NCBI RefSeq assembly: GCF_006345805.1 | Contig: NC_042999.1 | Location: forward strand, 47,988,001-48,052,000 | DNA length: 64,000 nt | Reading direction: 5' to 3' | Source of the DNA: Octopus sinensis | Taxonomy: Eukaryota | Shown here: positions 12,169-25,370 of the stretch, one piece after another | Numbering within the stretch: the first letter of the stretch is position 1 | Layout: each line of letters opens with the position of its first letter | Position numbers and translations under genes: made by a program | The notes under the pieces: generated by a model | Databases searched by the model: none | Told to the model about the DNA's origin: nothing | Seen by the model: the letters and a program-made list of their open reading frames with translations, nothing else

Positions 12169-15100
12169 CATTCTCACTAGTTTATATTCCGTAGTTTTCT
12201 TTTTTTATATATATACTTAACCTCAGGGCTCACCATGCAATTATCCATCGATTTCAATTGTTGCTCTCCAAACACTCACAAAATAAAACAGCCGGTCGCA
12301 TATATTGCCATTCCATAAACTTTATTATTCTTTTGTACATTTACATCTTTTGGTACGTTATTCATATTTAGGAGGAAAGACAAAACACAAAAGCTTCCTA
12401 AATTATAATTTTTAATTTACAATGATGATTATAAAATTATCTTCATTGCGTAATATCACTTACAAATAAACGATCTTTTTCTTTCCTTTATCTTAGTAAT
12501 ATTACTTGTTCCAATTTTTGGTTTTCCTTCAACCTAACCGTTTACATTTCTTTTGTTTTCCTAAAAGTTTCGTCATCGTCCAACCTTTTCGTCAAATACT
12601 TGAAATTATTATAATAAAAATTGGAAAGATATTTCTCCAAAATATTGTTTTAAGATTTCTCTGTCAATCGAAGCCCCGAGATACTGGCCTATCAATTCGT
12701 TGCTATTATTATTCTGTTGGACCTTTTGCAAAATGAAAATAAATATTAAAAAATAAAAAAAGACACTAATAACATTTATTTAGTACCTGTTACTGTCGCA
12801 GGTGTTATTCCTCACCTTCCTTTTTAACTGTTTACGGGCACCAAATTTCCAATTAGTTCTATTGAACACAAGATATTTCGTTACATATCTACTCGTTCCC
12901 GGTCGTAAATATGAGGATTAAATCAATGTCGGAAAAATGTGTCACAATATGCAAATAAGCTCAATAACATATCTTAATTGCAATTCAAAATACCAAAATT
13001 ATTTAAAATATTACATGTTTTTATTAGAAAAGGTGAAAGTAGAGTTGGAAGCTCAAATATCGTTTCATGTATGTTTGATGTTTTTAATGGAAACATAAAA
13101 TATAAAATCTCCTTTAACACCTATCATTTTCTGAAGTTTTTATGGTGTTTCGTCGTTCCTAGGGATCTAGAGGAATGAAACAAAATTGAAGGAATGTAAT
13201 ACACTGGAAGCTAGCTGGTTTATCGATAAATTCTCGATTTGATGCTAATCGATTGAATTCTTTTCGACTCACATTTGATATACTTTGATTGCATGCCTAC
13301 GTATCTGTCTCAGACGTTGGAGTATCACATATATATGTAGGTATATTAAGCTAAACGGTTTATACAAAGCAAACGGAATGATCCTATATGGTTCTTGTCA
13401 GTTACTGTTTTGTATTTGTGGCTACTTTCTCTTCGTTTTTATTTGGATTATATTTTCATACACAATATCCAAGATACCACGGAATATTAAAAAGTATCCA
13501 GACAAATTTCCAAAGAAATGCTATTGTGTATCAAAGATACAACAGAATCATTATTTGCTTCGAAACAGGAAAGTTTGGGAATTAATGAGGAATCAGAAGC
13601 AGATGTCTCTTTTGAGAAACTAGCTGCATTTATAAGTGTATCTGCAAAAAGATAGGAGTAATATATCAACTCCCGAAAATCAGGCGGTTTTTTGGCTAGA
13701 GAAAAGTACATGCACATTACTTTCCTAACCAGTATCTTGATGTCAATATATTAAAAATTCAATGCTTGTAAAATTCTCGACTATGGCTAGCATCTTTTGA
13801 GAAAGTAGTTCCTGTACAGCACATCAAAAAAGTGCAGGTTCTTTGTTTTTACAATAGTTTTATGTTTTACAATAGTTCTTTGTTTTACAATGGTTTTAAG
13901 TGAAGTTGATGTTTTTCCAAGAAGGATGGCTTTAATGATTAAGAACAGGTAGAAGAGAAATCGAAAACGCATGAGCAAAGCCAAAGCAACGGATATTTTG
14001 CGTATCTATATGTAGGAATGTTCACATTCTGAAAGTTTTTATGCACCAATTTTCCTAAAACAGTCAATGAAAAATGAACCTATATTCTGATATAGTGAAT
14101 CTTTATTCAATATTCCCTCATGACTTCGAAATTGGGACCATTAACTTCTGTTTAGATAGATATAAAGATGAACTTACACTACGTATAGTCAAAACAGTTT
14201 TTAATAAATAAACTAAAATTTATTCTACAGCGCAGCTCTTTTATATTCATTGACTGCTTTTACCGAAAATAATTAAAGACTGTGATGTGAACGAAATCAA
14301 CTTTATATTTTGCAAATCAAATCATAAGTTATCTAGAGATTACAATGTATGAAAATCACCTAAAAAGTATAGGAACTCGTTCTTTAAACGTGTACAAAAA
14401 TAACTGTAAAAAAAAACTACGAATATTTTCATTCTATGGAATGAAAGCATAAGAAGAAATCGAAATACCCTAATGTGTGTTGCTACACAATTCACCATGG
14501 AATATGACCATAACAAACTTACGATTTTAAACTTTCGAACAAAAGGTAAACAGTCCCACACTGACAGTCATTAACATAGAGTGTCCAAGCATTGAATTTC
14601 GTGCCGTCCGAGACACACCATAATAATTGTTTTACATAAGGTAGCGAAAAAGTGTCTGGAGAATTGTATCTGTTGGAAACATACATGCTATTATACTTCA
14701 ACAAAAAAAATATATATAAATAAACTGCTTATGTGGAATTGTCCACCATTTGTAATCGATAATAGCATAATGGGATTCAAAAATTCAATATACTTGTACT
14801 ACGAAAATCAACTGAATGAAATATATTGGAACAGAAATCCTGCTTTAAATTTCCACATACAATTCTGAAACCAATGAGGCATACATCATCACATTCTAAC
14901 ATAGACCCGCATTTAAACTCAATCATACTTACTCTGAAGTAAATCCTCCAAGCAGATAATATATAAAGAGCAAAAGCCACACAAATCAGCGAATGTGAAA
15001 CAAGTGTAACAACAGGAACAACAATGAATAAAGTAGAATATTTAAAAAAAAGTGCTATACATTTAGACCTAACGGAAAAATCGATAGACCGTTTAAAAGA

Positions 15101-15588
15101 ATAACAATTCTTTCCAATAGAAAATATCTTCCTCTCCAGCTGGAAACTTAACCTATGCAGCTAAATGCTCAGGGTATCGGGAGAACACCATAGAAGAAAA
15201 CGGGATATGGTTATGATAAAGCATTACTTGCCTAACACCTGAATTAAGTTACGGTAATACATATAAATACGACTTGACGAAGATATATACCAATTTACAA
15301 GTAAAAAAAAATCAATGAAATTTACAGGTAAAAATCAATCAAATTTTACAAGTTAACCTTAATAGCAATATTGTAATTGCATAAAACAACAACGCATTAT
15401 CGAAGAAAGAAATGTCATCAAATATCGACTGATCTTAAATGACTCTGTGAGAGGATAAGAGAATCTAGTAAAACACAATAGATACTACTGGATCTCCCAG
15501 TGCTAACCACGACTACTCAGGCCCCCTGACGTTGATGTTGTTCCTACTACTAAAAACAAATCATTGATGAGAAAAGTCAATATCATTC

Positions 15589-15589
15589 T

Positions 15590-15683
<94 letters not shown>

Positions 15684-15764
15684 GCTACTGCTGCTGTTAC
15701 TACTACTACTACTATTACTAATAATAATAATGATAATAGTAATAAAAAAGAATAATAATAATTT

Positions 15765-15798
<34 letters not shown>

Positions 15799-16082
15799 GT
15801 TTTTTGTTATTATTATTATTGTTGTTGTTATTATTATTATTATTATTAGCATTATTATTATTGTTATTATTATTGTCATTATTATCATTATTATCATTAT
15901 TGTTGTTATTATTATTATTATCATTATTGTTTTTATCATTGTTATTATTATTATCATTGTTGTTGTTATTATTATTATTATTATTATTGTCATTATTATT
16001 ATTATTATCATTATTATTATTATTATTATATTATTATTATTATTATTATTATTATTAAAATTATTATTATTATTATTATTTT
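15589..16082. repeat. compound (ACT)n-(AAT)n-(ATT)n microsatellite
   Basis: Direct inspection; explains the poly-T/N/I/L ORFs in the track. Confidence 0.95.
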
Positions 16083-16505
16083 AATGACGTTATTCCTGCA
16101 AATTCTCGTTATAAGTATCTCATGGATATTACAGCGTAACTAAATCACAGTGCAATATAAATGTTCGTAAAAAACGTTTTCCCGAAATTCCCGAAAGCAT
16201 ATCATGAAAGATTGATCAGATCTAATTTGTTCCAATTTATTCCTCCTCACCCAATGATAAAGTTGTATATCTTTCATCCATCATATATTCCTCGGATCAT
16301 TTTCCTGCAAGGCTAGAAGCACATACACCGTTTCTTTATTACATAGTTTCCACTCGTAATCTCCCAATCCAATTGCTGTTCATATTTAATGCCCCAAAAT
16401 ATTTGAAACTATATTTGATCGGGTACAGTCCACAGTCTCACCTGACCTGAAAGTACAGAACGGCTAAATTGCAACCCACGCATGGTGTGTGCGTGTATAT
16501 ATATA

Positions 16506-16545
<40 letters not shown>

Positions 16546-16645
16546 TGTTATATTTCGGAATATAACATATTATTTTACTGATACATTTCCTCTAATTACA
16601 TAATATTGAGGTCTCTTTCTTTCTTTTGTTATCTTACCGTTTTTA

Positions 16646-16685
<40 letters not shown>

Positions 16686-17226
16686 CGTATGCATTTATGT
16701 ATGTATGTCCAATGAAAGAAGGTGACAAAGAAAATGCTTTAATACATCTTTAATTATAAATTAAAAGTGTTTCCATATCATCTCTATTTGCAACGCCAGT
16801 TTATGCCAAAATTCTAAAAGAAGCAGCTCGGAATATTTGCCGTTTTAGACGTTGGGGTGGCACTTCCTCAGACTTGCACCAATGGTGTGTTATTACACTG
16901 TGCGTCCTGCAAATGCTGTTGTTAAGCAAATTTCGGGCGGAAAGGAAAAACGGAAGAAAATTTATGAGTATGGGGCGAAGATAGATTGTGGGGAGGGGGT
17001 CAAGAGGAAGGATGCGAATAATGATGGGAGCGTGGAGGGAAATAATCAGAAGACGCAAGTGAAGTAGAAAGAGGGGAGGAGGAAGAAGAAGGAGAAGATG
17101 AAATGTAAGAGGGCTCAGTGCTGATAGCCCAATATTGGAGGTGAGTGCTCCTCTGAAAAAACCCAACTTCACACCCAAACTGACATTATCCATTTATATG
17201 CATACATATACACACACACACACACA

Positions 17227-17297
<71 letters not shown>

Positions 17298-17362
17298 ACA
17301 CATGTGCGTGTGTGTGTGTGTGTATGTATGCATGTATGTATATATATATATATATATACTAT

Positions 17363-17644
17363 GTGATCACGTGACCGACCAGACCATCAGATGTTGCTAC
17401 ACATCGCTGGTCACGAAGCGTTCGCATTGTTTTACCCTTCGAATAACGCTACCCCGCTGGCTAAGCGAGGAGGCCAACAGAAGAGAGAGTGAGAGAAAGA
17501 GTGGGGAATGAGTACAGCAGGGATCACCACCCCCTGCCGGAGCCTCGTGGAGCTTTTAGGTGCTTTCGCTCAATAAACACTCACAACGCCCGATCCTACG
17601 ACCATGAGTCCGCTGCCCTAACCACTGGGCCATTGCGCCTCCAC
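17363..17644 (-). mobile_element. tRNA-head SINE (family C), tail variant iii
   Basis: Minus-strand head gtggaggcgcaatggcccagtggttagggcagcggactc... is shared with 19551, 37685, 45285 and 56835. The tail is distinct and ends ...ggtcggtcacgtgatcac. Confidence 0.8.
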
Positions 17645-17681
17645 ACACACACACACACACACAAATATATATATATGCATA

Positions 17682-18744
17682 CAGGGTGCGTAAGATATTT
17701 AAGGACGGATTGATGTTTAAATAATATATATATATAATAACAGCTAATAATTTTATTTAGCAAAAAATGCTATGCAAATAAAAATAAACATTCTTTTCTA
17801 TAATGTTATGCAATAAAGCCGCCTTCAGTTTCAACAGCTGCTTCTGTATGAGATCTAAATCATCTACATGCTCGAATCAAGAGGTCCTGGTTCACTTACG
17901 ACATTACTCTGACTCTGTCAGCTTTCAAAAACCTCTCTCTGAACAACGCTCCACATGTTATAGTCCAATAGACTGTTAGACGTGGGAAATAGGAGGCCAA
18001 ATGCTAGGGGCTATCTGATCATAAAATTTTCAGCCATTCATTCCTCTGTTACTAGAGCCATATGTGATAGTGCAGAGTCTTACTAAAACAGATGTGGCCT
18101 TCCATTGCATACACTGTCTATCCAGGGCTTAACAATTATTTCCAGGACCACAATGTCAGGAGGGGAGTTACCAATAAGGCTTGTGGAAAGGTGTCGGGAG
18201 GCACGCAGGTCCTTCATTGCTGACAACCCCTAAAACCACGACAGTTGCAGTAAATTTTGTATGCATAAGACTTGTAACTTCAGAAGGGTCTGCCCATCAC
18301 TATCTGTCATTTCTTGTTTACGTTATGAGCTAATGTAATGATTTTCTTTTGCTTTTTCTGACAAACTGACCTTTCCTTATCGTATAAGACTTATGTCTGA
18401 TGTCTTTGTGGAAAACATTTCTGACTGTTCCCTCTGATCATTTTCAATAGAATTCATGGACTTTCTGGAATTTTAATCAAGTGTCTGTTGAACTGATACT
18501 AGTCTCTTCTATCTCTAGCTCCTTACAAGCTTTGTAGACGAAAGATCTGACAAATTATAAAACTCGAGATATTTCTAAATCGCTATGCTCAGACTTTACA
18601 GGCACAATAACAGCATGCTTCTTCCTTTCTTGAGTAAGCTTAGAGTTTACCATTACTATTTTCTGAAAAAAAGATTATACAGCGTTAACAAAAATTGCAG
18701 CAATGGCCCAAAGAATGTATGCCGTCAAATACCTTACGCAGTCT

Positions 18745-18745
<1 letters not shown>
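17682..18745 (-). mobile_element. Tc1/mariner (maT-like) DNA transposon relic with both TIRs and TA target duplication
   Basis: TIRs TA|cagggtgcgtaagatattt (17682) and, on the reverse strand, TA|cagactgcgtaaggtattt (18745). Minus-strand peptides: HTKFTATVVVLGVVSNEG, VKPWIDSVCNGRPHLF, DSALSHMA, WPP..LDYNMWSVVQREV and LIRACR*FRSHTEAAVETEGGFIA*. Confidence 0.88.
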
Positions 18746-18778
<33 letters not shown>

Positions 18779-19354
18779 CACACACACACACACACACACA
18801 TACACACACACATACACACAGATAGATAGATTTAACTATTATTTTTCCTTACCTTCGTGTGAGTCTCTTCTTATTTCTCTTCTTATATACATACACATAT
18901 ATATATGGGAGTGTATGTGTACGTGTGTGTGTATGTGTGTGTGTATGTGTGTTTGTATGTATGGTTTTCAACGGTGGAGATATGTGACTCCTAGATGCAT
19001 TGATTATGTAGTAATCGCATGCATTGCTAAGATAGATGACAATCTATAACATTTTGGTAAAAACCAAATTTCCTAATGTGGCGCCTCCCTTAACTAATCA
19101 TTGTAAATCCTCGTGTATATGGAAGAAATATCCACAACAATATTGTTGCTTAAATTTGGATGAAGTCTTTAGGAGAATACGTATTACTAAGGACATTCCA
19201 GGAATCAAAATCTGGCTTATATGGGTTTAAATTTTACATAAATACATAATCTACTTATCGATTGTTAAAATGTTTATTTAAAACTTGTATCCTTGGAAAT
19301 AATGATTATGGTCTTAAATAATCGCAGTACCCATCACCTTAATTGTTGTGTTGT

Positions 19355-19550
19355 GATCCCCTTCGGTTATGACTGACCATGGGATTGCACCTAGAAAGTT
19401 ACCCTCCGAGGCACAAGTCTAGGCAAATTGTTTATAGAAGACAAGCAGTCGCCCACGCATACCAGACTCCTCTCTCCACGCCATTGATGTTATCCAAGGG
19501 AAAGGCAAAGGCCGATAGAGCTCGGCACCAGTGACGTCGCAGCTCATTTA
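19355..19550. mobile_element. interspersed repeat fragment of uncertain class
   Basis: GC-richer block (gggattgcacctagaaagttaccctccgaggcacaag...ccaagggaaaggcaaaggccg) that resembles an abundant cephalopod repeat as recalled. There is no second copy in the window. Confidence 0.4.
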
Positions 19551-19850
19551 TTAACGGGCAAGTGGCTGAGCACTCCACAGACACGTGTACCTTTAACGAA
19601 GTTCTCGGCGAGATTCAGCATGACACAGAGTGTGACAAGGCTGGCCCTTTGAAAATTACAGGTACAAGAGAAACTGGAATAAAGAGTGAAAGAAAGTTGT
19701 TGTGAAAGAGTACAGTAGAGTTCACCACCACCACCTGCCGGAGCCTTGTGGAGCTTTAGGTGTTTTCGTCCAATAAACAATCACAATGCCCGGTCTGGTA
19801 ATCGAAACCGCGAGTCCGCTGCCCTAACCACTGGGCCATTGCGCCTCCAC
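19551..19850 (-). mobile_element. tRNA-head SINE (family C), tail variant i
   Basis: Collinear with 56835-57146 over head and tail (…aagggccagccttgtcacactctgtgtc.tgctgaatctc..cgagaact.cgttaaag…). Confidence 0.85.
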
Positions 19851-20444
19851 GATCACTTTAATAATAACACAATTATTTCATACTCGAATATTGCGTTTTC
19901 AAATATAAAGCGCAAAACAGAATTCACGAAATCAAATTTCACCGTTCGCAAGTGCGTATGCACTTATCAATATGAAAGCAATTTCCTGACTTAGATTCAC
20001 GAAAGGTCTTTTGTATTGCGCTGACCCTCAAAGCTTTCGATTTTAAATCATTTCTATATCTGGAGACTTTATTAGAAAGCATGGATTGCATTCTTTTCAG
20101 TTTGTGTTAATATCGTAATATTTGAAATATACTTATAATGCTGTCACCGAAAATCGAGTGAATAAAACATAAATTCTTTCCTTATATTTACACATCATTA
20201 TCAGAAAATAGAGAAAAATGTCGACCGTCAAAATAATTCATAGAATGCTTAATAAACTGAAAGGGATGTGTTGCTTGTTCAAGAAAGTTTAGAATGGCGT
20301 TGAATAATTACAAAAGCGATTATGGAAGCAATCAACAAAATTCAATAGAGCCGCAGTGATATAATAACTCGCTACTTAACAATATCAACAACTGGTTCAA
20401 CGTTCTTATTCCTAGATCCGAATAGTTAAAATTATTCCCCTATT

Positions 20445-20612
20445 TAAGACGAAGACGGGTGTGTAAGCAACAAACAGATGTATTAGTTTAACGATCGGAA
20501 AGTGAGAAAGTATTTTATGTTTCGAGCCTACGTTCTTCGACAAAAGGAACACAAAAATAAACAGGGAGAGAAAATAGAAAAGGTTTAGTGGCTAGCGACC
20601 TATCCTGACGAA
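20445..20612 (-). mobile_element. Penelope-type terminal repeat fragment (second family)
   Basis: Homologous to 10290-10495; separated from the downstream PLE ORF by (TA)n. Confidence 0.65.
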
Positions 20613-20639
20613 TATATATATATATATATATATATATTG

Positions 20640-21950
20640 ACCAGCACAAGATCGTTTTAGGAAGGATATTATCCAGTTAATGAAACACTTCGGACTTAGT
20701 ATAACTATAGACACTAACCTGACGGTTGTCAATTTCTTAGACGTTTCCTTAGATCTTAATAATAATATTTATAAGCCTTATAGGAAGCCCAATGATAGAC
20801 TAAGTTATATTAATGTAGGTTCATGCCATCCCCCTATAGTATTCAAAAATTTAGTTAAAAATATTAGTAAGAGGATTTCTAGCCTCTCATCTAATGAGGA
20901 CATCTTCAATAGCGTTGCCCCAGTTTATAATAAAGCTTTAAAAGATAGTGGTTTTAGCGAAAAAATAAAATATACACCTATCACCAGCCCAACAATAAGG
21001 AAAAGGAATAATAGAAATAGGAAGGTCATCTGGTTTACGCCCCCTTACTCACCCGAGGTGGCCTTCAATATAGGTAAATATTTCCTAGCACTGATAGATA
21101 GACATTTTCCAGTTAACCATGCTTATAGGAAACTCTTCAATAGACACAATTTAAAAATTAGTTTTAGTTCAACTACCAATTTTAAAAACATAATCAATCA
21201 TAACATACAAAAAACACAAGAAGAAAACAGCTGTTCATGCAGGAATAAAGAATTGTGCCCACTAAATGGAGCTTGCATGTCCAAGACCATCATATATGAA
21301 GCTACCGTAAACTCTATAACCACTAAAGACACCGTTTCGACGAAGAAATACGTGGGCCTGACAGAGGGTAATTTCAAGGCCAGATTCAATAACCACACTT
21401 TGAGCTTTAGGCACTGGAACAAAAGAAAAGCGACACAATTATCCAATCATATTTGGTCTTTAAGAGATAAAGGTGTCGATTATAACATACAATGGAAGAT
21501 TTTGGCCAGATGTAAGCCTATACCAACGGCAGCGGAAGGTGCGGTTTATGCGACATGGAGAGATGGCTTATCTGGAAAAGCAGCTTAGACCCTACCACAT
21601 GTCTAAATACAAGGACAGAGCTTTTCGGATCATGCCAGATGTGACTAAATTTCTGTTACGTTTTTGGTCCCCTAAAGAAAACGGATAGAACATGCTTTCT
21701 GTGTAATGTCCCAAGATTTTATATATTTTTATATATTTTTATATATTTTTATGTATTTTTATATAATTTTTATGACGAAAAATGCGAGCGATGTATAAGT
21801 ACGCAGGCAAAGCAGAGTTATAACAGAGTAATTTCCCTTCATTTTTAACGGTATTTTTTCATAACGTTTTCAAATAGCCAGATAACCGAAGAGATGGTGT
21901 TGTGGATTTCCACTTCGGCATTTGAAACTCAGAGTTTTATCTTGACTACC
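20640..21950 (+). mobile_element. Penelope-like retroelement, 5'-truncated: RT C-terminus plus GIY-YIG endonuclease and 3' terminal repeat
   Basis: The 302-aa ORF 20680-21588 has VNFLDVSLDL, YRKPN..YINVGSCHPP, VIWFTPPYS, CSCRNKELCPLNGAC, IYEATV...KYVGLTEGNFKARFNNH and LSNHIWSLRD. After a frameshift near 21520 it continues YTNGSGRCGLCDMERWLI...LNTRTELFGSC. Confidence 0.93.
21880..21942 (+). ncRNA. minimal type I hammerhead ribozyme-like motif in the PLE 3' repeat (CCGA core variant)
   Basis: AGAUAA CCGAAGA [GAUG..GUGGA-UU-UCCAC..CAUU]U GAAA CUC A GAG U U UUAUCU. Stem I is a perfect 6 bp, stem III is palindromic (ACUC-A-GAGU), the triplet is GUU, and the motif is sense to the PLE ORF. Confidence 0.7.
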
Positions 21951-21964
21951 GAGTAATGTAACAT

Positions 21965-22027
<63 letters not shown>

Positions 22028-22819
22028 ATGTGTGTGCGTGTGTCTGTGTGTGTGTGAGTGTGGGTGCATGGTGTGTGCCTGTGTCTGTGTCTCTATCTGT
22101 GTGTATGTCTGTAGATTCATTTCCCTCTGTTTTTAATATATAAGTTCATATATTCACTAGATGAAATCACACCTTGAAGTGGTTGTAAGTAGGTAAATAT
22201 TAATTTATTTATACTACCCTGTGCTTATGAATTACTGTTTGTTAAGCAGAAAGTATTGGTATGTAACGTTGAATAATGTAATGCTCACTATCAGTCCATT
22301 GAAAGTTGTCAGTTAAGATAGAATAAAACTCCAATATATGTGTTGATAAAGAATACGCAGCAATATAATTGCAGATAAAGAATAACCAACAAAATGATAC
22401 TAAATTTGATATAGCTAGCATCATATTTAATCCTGACTCTTTTATTACCTAGACTGAATTTTATAACGATAAGTATTTATAGAATTTGCAATCATTAACG
22501 AAACCATTTTTATCTGGTCAATTACAGAAGTATTTAATAAAGATTTTATTATTTATAATTCATATCCCGAGTGGTAGAAATTGAAGTCAAGACACAGTAG
22601 CAACCGCCTCTTCGTTATATTTTATATTCTTTGCTAACGTCGTAGATATTTCGTCGCTACTGAAATGTTTCACCTGTTCAATTGCTTTTGTATTTCTATA
22701 TATTTGTCTAGGGTTTTCGTAGTACACATAAATATAATCAAAATGATATCTATGGCATGTACTGGAATAATGGAGACATTTGAGCGATCAAAAACCCATT
22801 AGAAAGAATAAAATAGATA

Positions 22820-22888
<69 letters not shown>

Positions 22889-22889
22889 G

Positions 22890-22931
<42 letters not shown>

Positions 22932-22946
22932 TAATAATAATAATAA
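22820..22946. repeat. (ACT)n-(AAT)n microsatellite
   Basis: Direct inspection. Confidence 0.95.
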
Positions 22947-23415
22947 TGCCCTGATATAGTAAATGAACCGATGCAGTACCTGGCAGTGACTCTCATGGCT
23001 TCTGATCTTAACTGATTGGAAGTGTTATCATGTACATTGTTTTGTCTTGATATAAAGATGGGCTACAGCAAATATTCTGCTCAATTACACAGATTTGCTT
23101 GTGAGTTGTTTGACCTTAACCAGTTGAGCATGTCCCTTAGTGGCTGACGATATGTGCATCTCTGAACACGGGCAGAGGTAGTTGGGGATCATTATAGCAA
23201 TGTGTTGAGAGGGATTCTTTGGGGTTTTAATAATTCACCTCTGGAAACATGGGTGTTTCGTTCAACATCCTTAAACAGCCCTTATACCTTTTCAGCAAGG
23301 TGTGTTACTCGACCAGAAGAAAATTCTAACTGAGCCCCACATGCAAGGTCATACGCTGGTTATCTTGATGTGAGATCACCATGTCGCACACATATGGTTG
23401 TGATGCATGTGTCTT
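22947..23415. mobile_element. interspersed repeat abutting an (AAT)n tract, class uncertain
   Basis: Higher-GC block starting exactly at the end of (AAT)n (gccctga...gcagtacctggcagtgactctcatggcttctgatc). It resembles an abundant octopus repeat as recalled; no ORF motif recognised. Confidence 0.4.
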
Positions 23416-24049
23416 AGAGAAAGAAAGTAAACTATGCTGGATCATAGATATAGCACGCCCAGCTGATATCAAGGTATGCGATAAGGGAGAACAAAAATTC
23501 AATAGGTATGACAGGCTAGCTTGGAAGGTAAAGCAGTTGTGATTAATGAAAAAGGTGGTAGTAGTACTAATAATTGTCGGGGCCTAGGAACAGTGAGTAA
23601 AAATCTCGAATGAGTACATGACGTCCTAAATAAGTAATTGAAGAAGGCTTTCTTTATGATTCTGTCATTGTTTTGTGACAAAACAATGATTTATACAATG
23701 AAAAAGGGAAGTATTTTAGTGCGAAAAATTCAGAAAGTGTTAAACTTAGCTCGGTTTGGACACAAGCTTTGCTAACATATTTAATCAGAGAACTGTAGCG
23801 TGTGCTTGGGTATCAGGGGCTTGGTTCTGACCTATTCGTCTTTAGTGTTTTCTAGTTATTTTATTCTTTCAGCATATAAAATTCAATAAAAAAAACAGAG
23901 AAAGGAAAGGAAAAAGAAGGAAAAGGAAAGTTGTCTTTCAGTTTGCTTGCAAAAATATACACGTTTTTTTGTGCGTGTATGTAAGTGTGTATAGGTACAT
24001 TAGAAAATCTTTTGTAGGGAATTTGGGTGAAGATGCAGAAACCTTAAGA

Positions 24050-25370
24050 TAATTTTTTTAGTATTTGTTTAATGTAAAACTGTAAAAGAATTAAATTGTA
24101 AATGTTTTTTTGCTTACTATTATGAGGATGATTTCTTGTATAGCTTTGGGTTTGTTATTACCTTGGTATATTTGTGAGTGCGAGAGTGTTTTCCAACTGA
24201 TCCTGAACAAACATCGTTTGGATAATGACGTACAATTTTTCGTATTTGTTTTGAGAAAAGTGTGCATGTGATAGTAGTATCTTGTCTTGAAGTGGTTTAC
24301 TGTGTATCATACATATGTGGATAATGTGGATACAGTAGTTGGTGTCATGCTTAGGGTTACCTTTGCAATATATACAGGGCAGCATGAAGAGGACCTACAT
24401 AAGAAATTGTTTCTGTGGATGTAGTTTAAGTTTTTGGGTTATAGTTGTTAGTGGAGTGTGTCTATTTTCACTGAGTATGTGTTTCAATTTCTAATACATG
24501 TCGTTTGGTTGGATGTGTTTCTGCAGCATTTGAAAAATAATTTAATTATTCTTGTGAAAACTTGTATGTTGAAATGAGTATTATACAGTAAAATTTTCCT
24601 TTTTCTATTTTTGTGTTGTATTTACTGTGGGAAGATTGCTCACTATATATTTCGGTTTTTCCTTCCTTACAACTGTTATTGCTGAGAGTTTCATTATATG
24701 GGGTTGCTCTTTAGTTTATCATTTTTTCATTTGAAGGTAAAGAGGCAAGTCTGAGAGAAATTATTTTCCTTAGGCAAATGATAACGTTTTGGGGTGGTTG
24801 GATTGTTTATGAATATACTGAATTCTTTCGTTATCTTTATTTTATAGATTATAGATACTTGATCCCTTGTTGAGGATAATATCGAGAATATTGAGTGAGC
24901 TTCGTAGCGTTTCTACTGTGATTGAGAATCACAAGTTCTTGAGTAAGCGCTGTATTACTTCCATATTACATTAGTATTTTGCGGGATATATTTTCTTACT
25001 TGCAGACTGTCGTCTCTTATGGACAATTTGTGGTGGAAAGCAGTTTGTTGTGCAATTTTTCAAATATGCAAAGAACAACGATGTGGGTATCTCCGCAAAG
25101 CCCATTGATCCCTTGCAAACATCAAATGGTTCTTTGGTGTCTTTCTTAATCCAAAATCCATTGTTGTGGAAGAGGAGCTATTTTCTTGCTTGCTCGGTTT
25201 CGTGTATTGTGGTTAAAGTTTTAGCAAATTTGAAAGCAGCTATAAGGCAAGTTTCGTTACTGACGCATAGCGCTCTTTTATGTCAATCTGGAAGCAACGT
25301 CATCCGTTTTTGTTTAGAATTTTGTTGGCGGAATCTATCATTTTGCATGTGTTGTTCCACAGAGGTAATG
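24050..25370 (-). mobile_element. older, heavily degraded Penelope-like element
   Basis: Minus-strand fragments: FQIDIKERYASVT, AAFKFAK, ARK*LLFHNNGFWIKKDTKEPFDVCKGSMGFAE, RDDSL, LNILDIILN, QYIHKQSNHP and LRLASLPSNE. The order matches the PLE RT/thumb in 20680-21588. Confidence 0.8.

Noticed and set aside
15564-16084. Poly-Thr/Asn/Ile/Leu ORFs
   Set aside because: Trinucleotide microsatellite translations.
16801-17193. 130-aa minus-strand ORF and a plus-strand GAG|GTGAGT donor at 17141
   Set aside because: The ORF is driven by a low-complexity purine tract; no coherent exon or motif was found on either strand.
21198-21446. Antisense or off-frame ORFs over transposon coding relics (also 25050-25499, 41023-41286, 4491-4731)
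   Set aside because: Shadows of the PLE and LINE reading frames on the other strand or frame.
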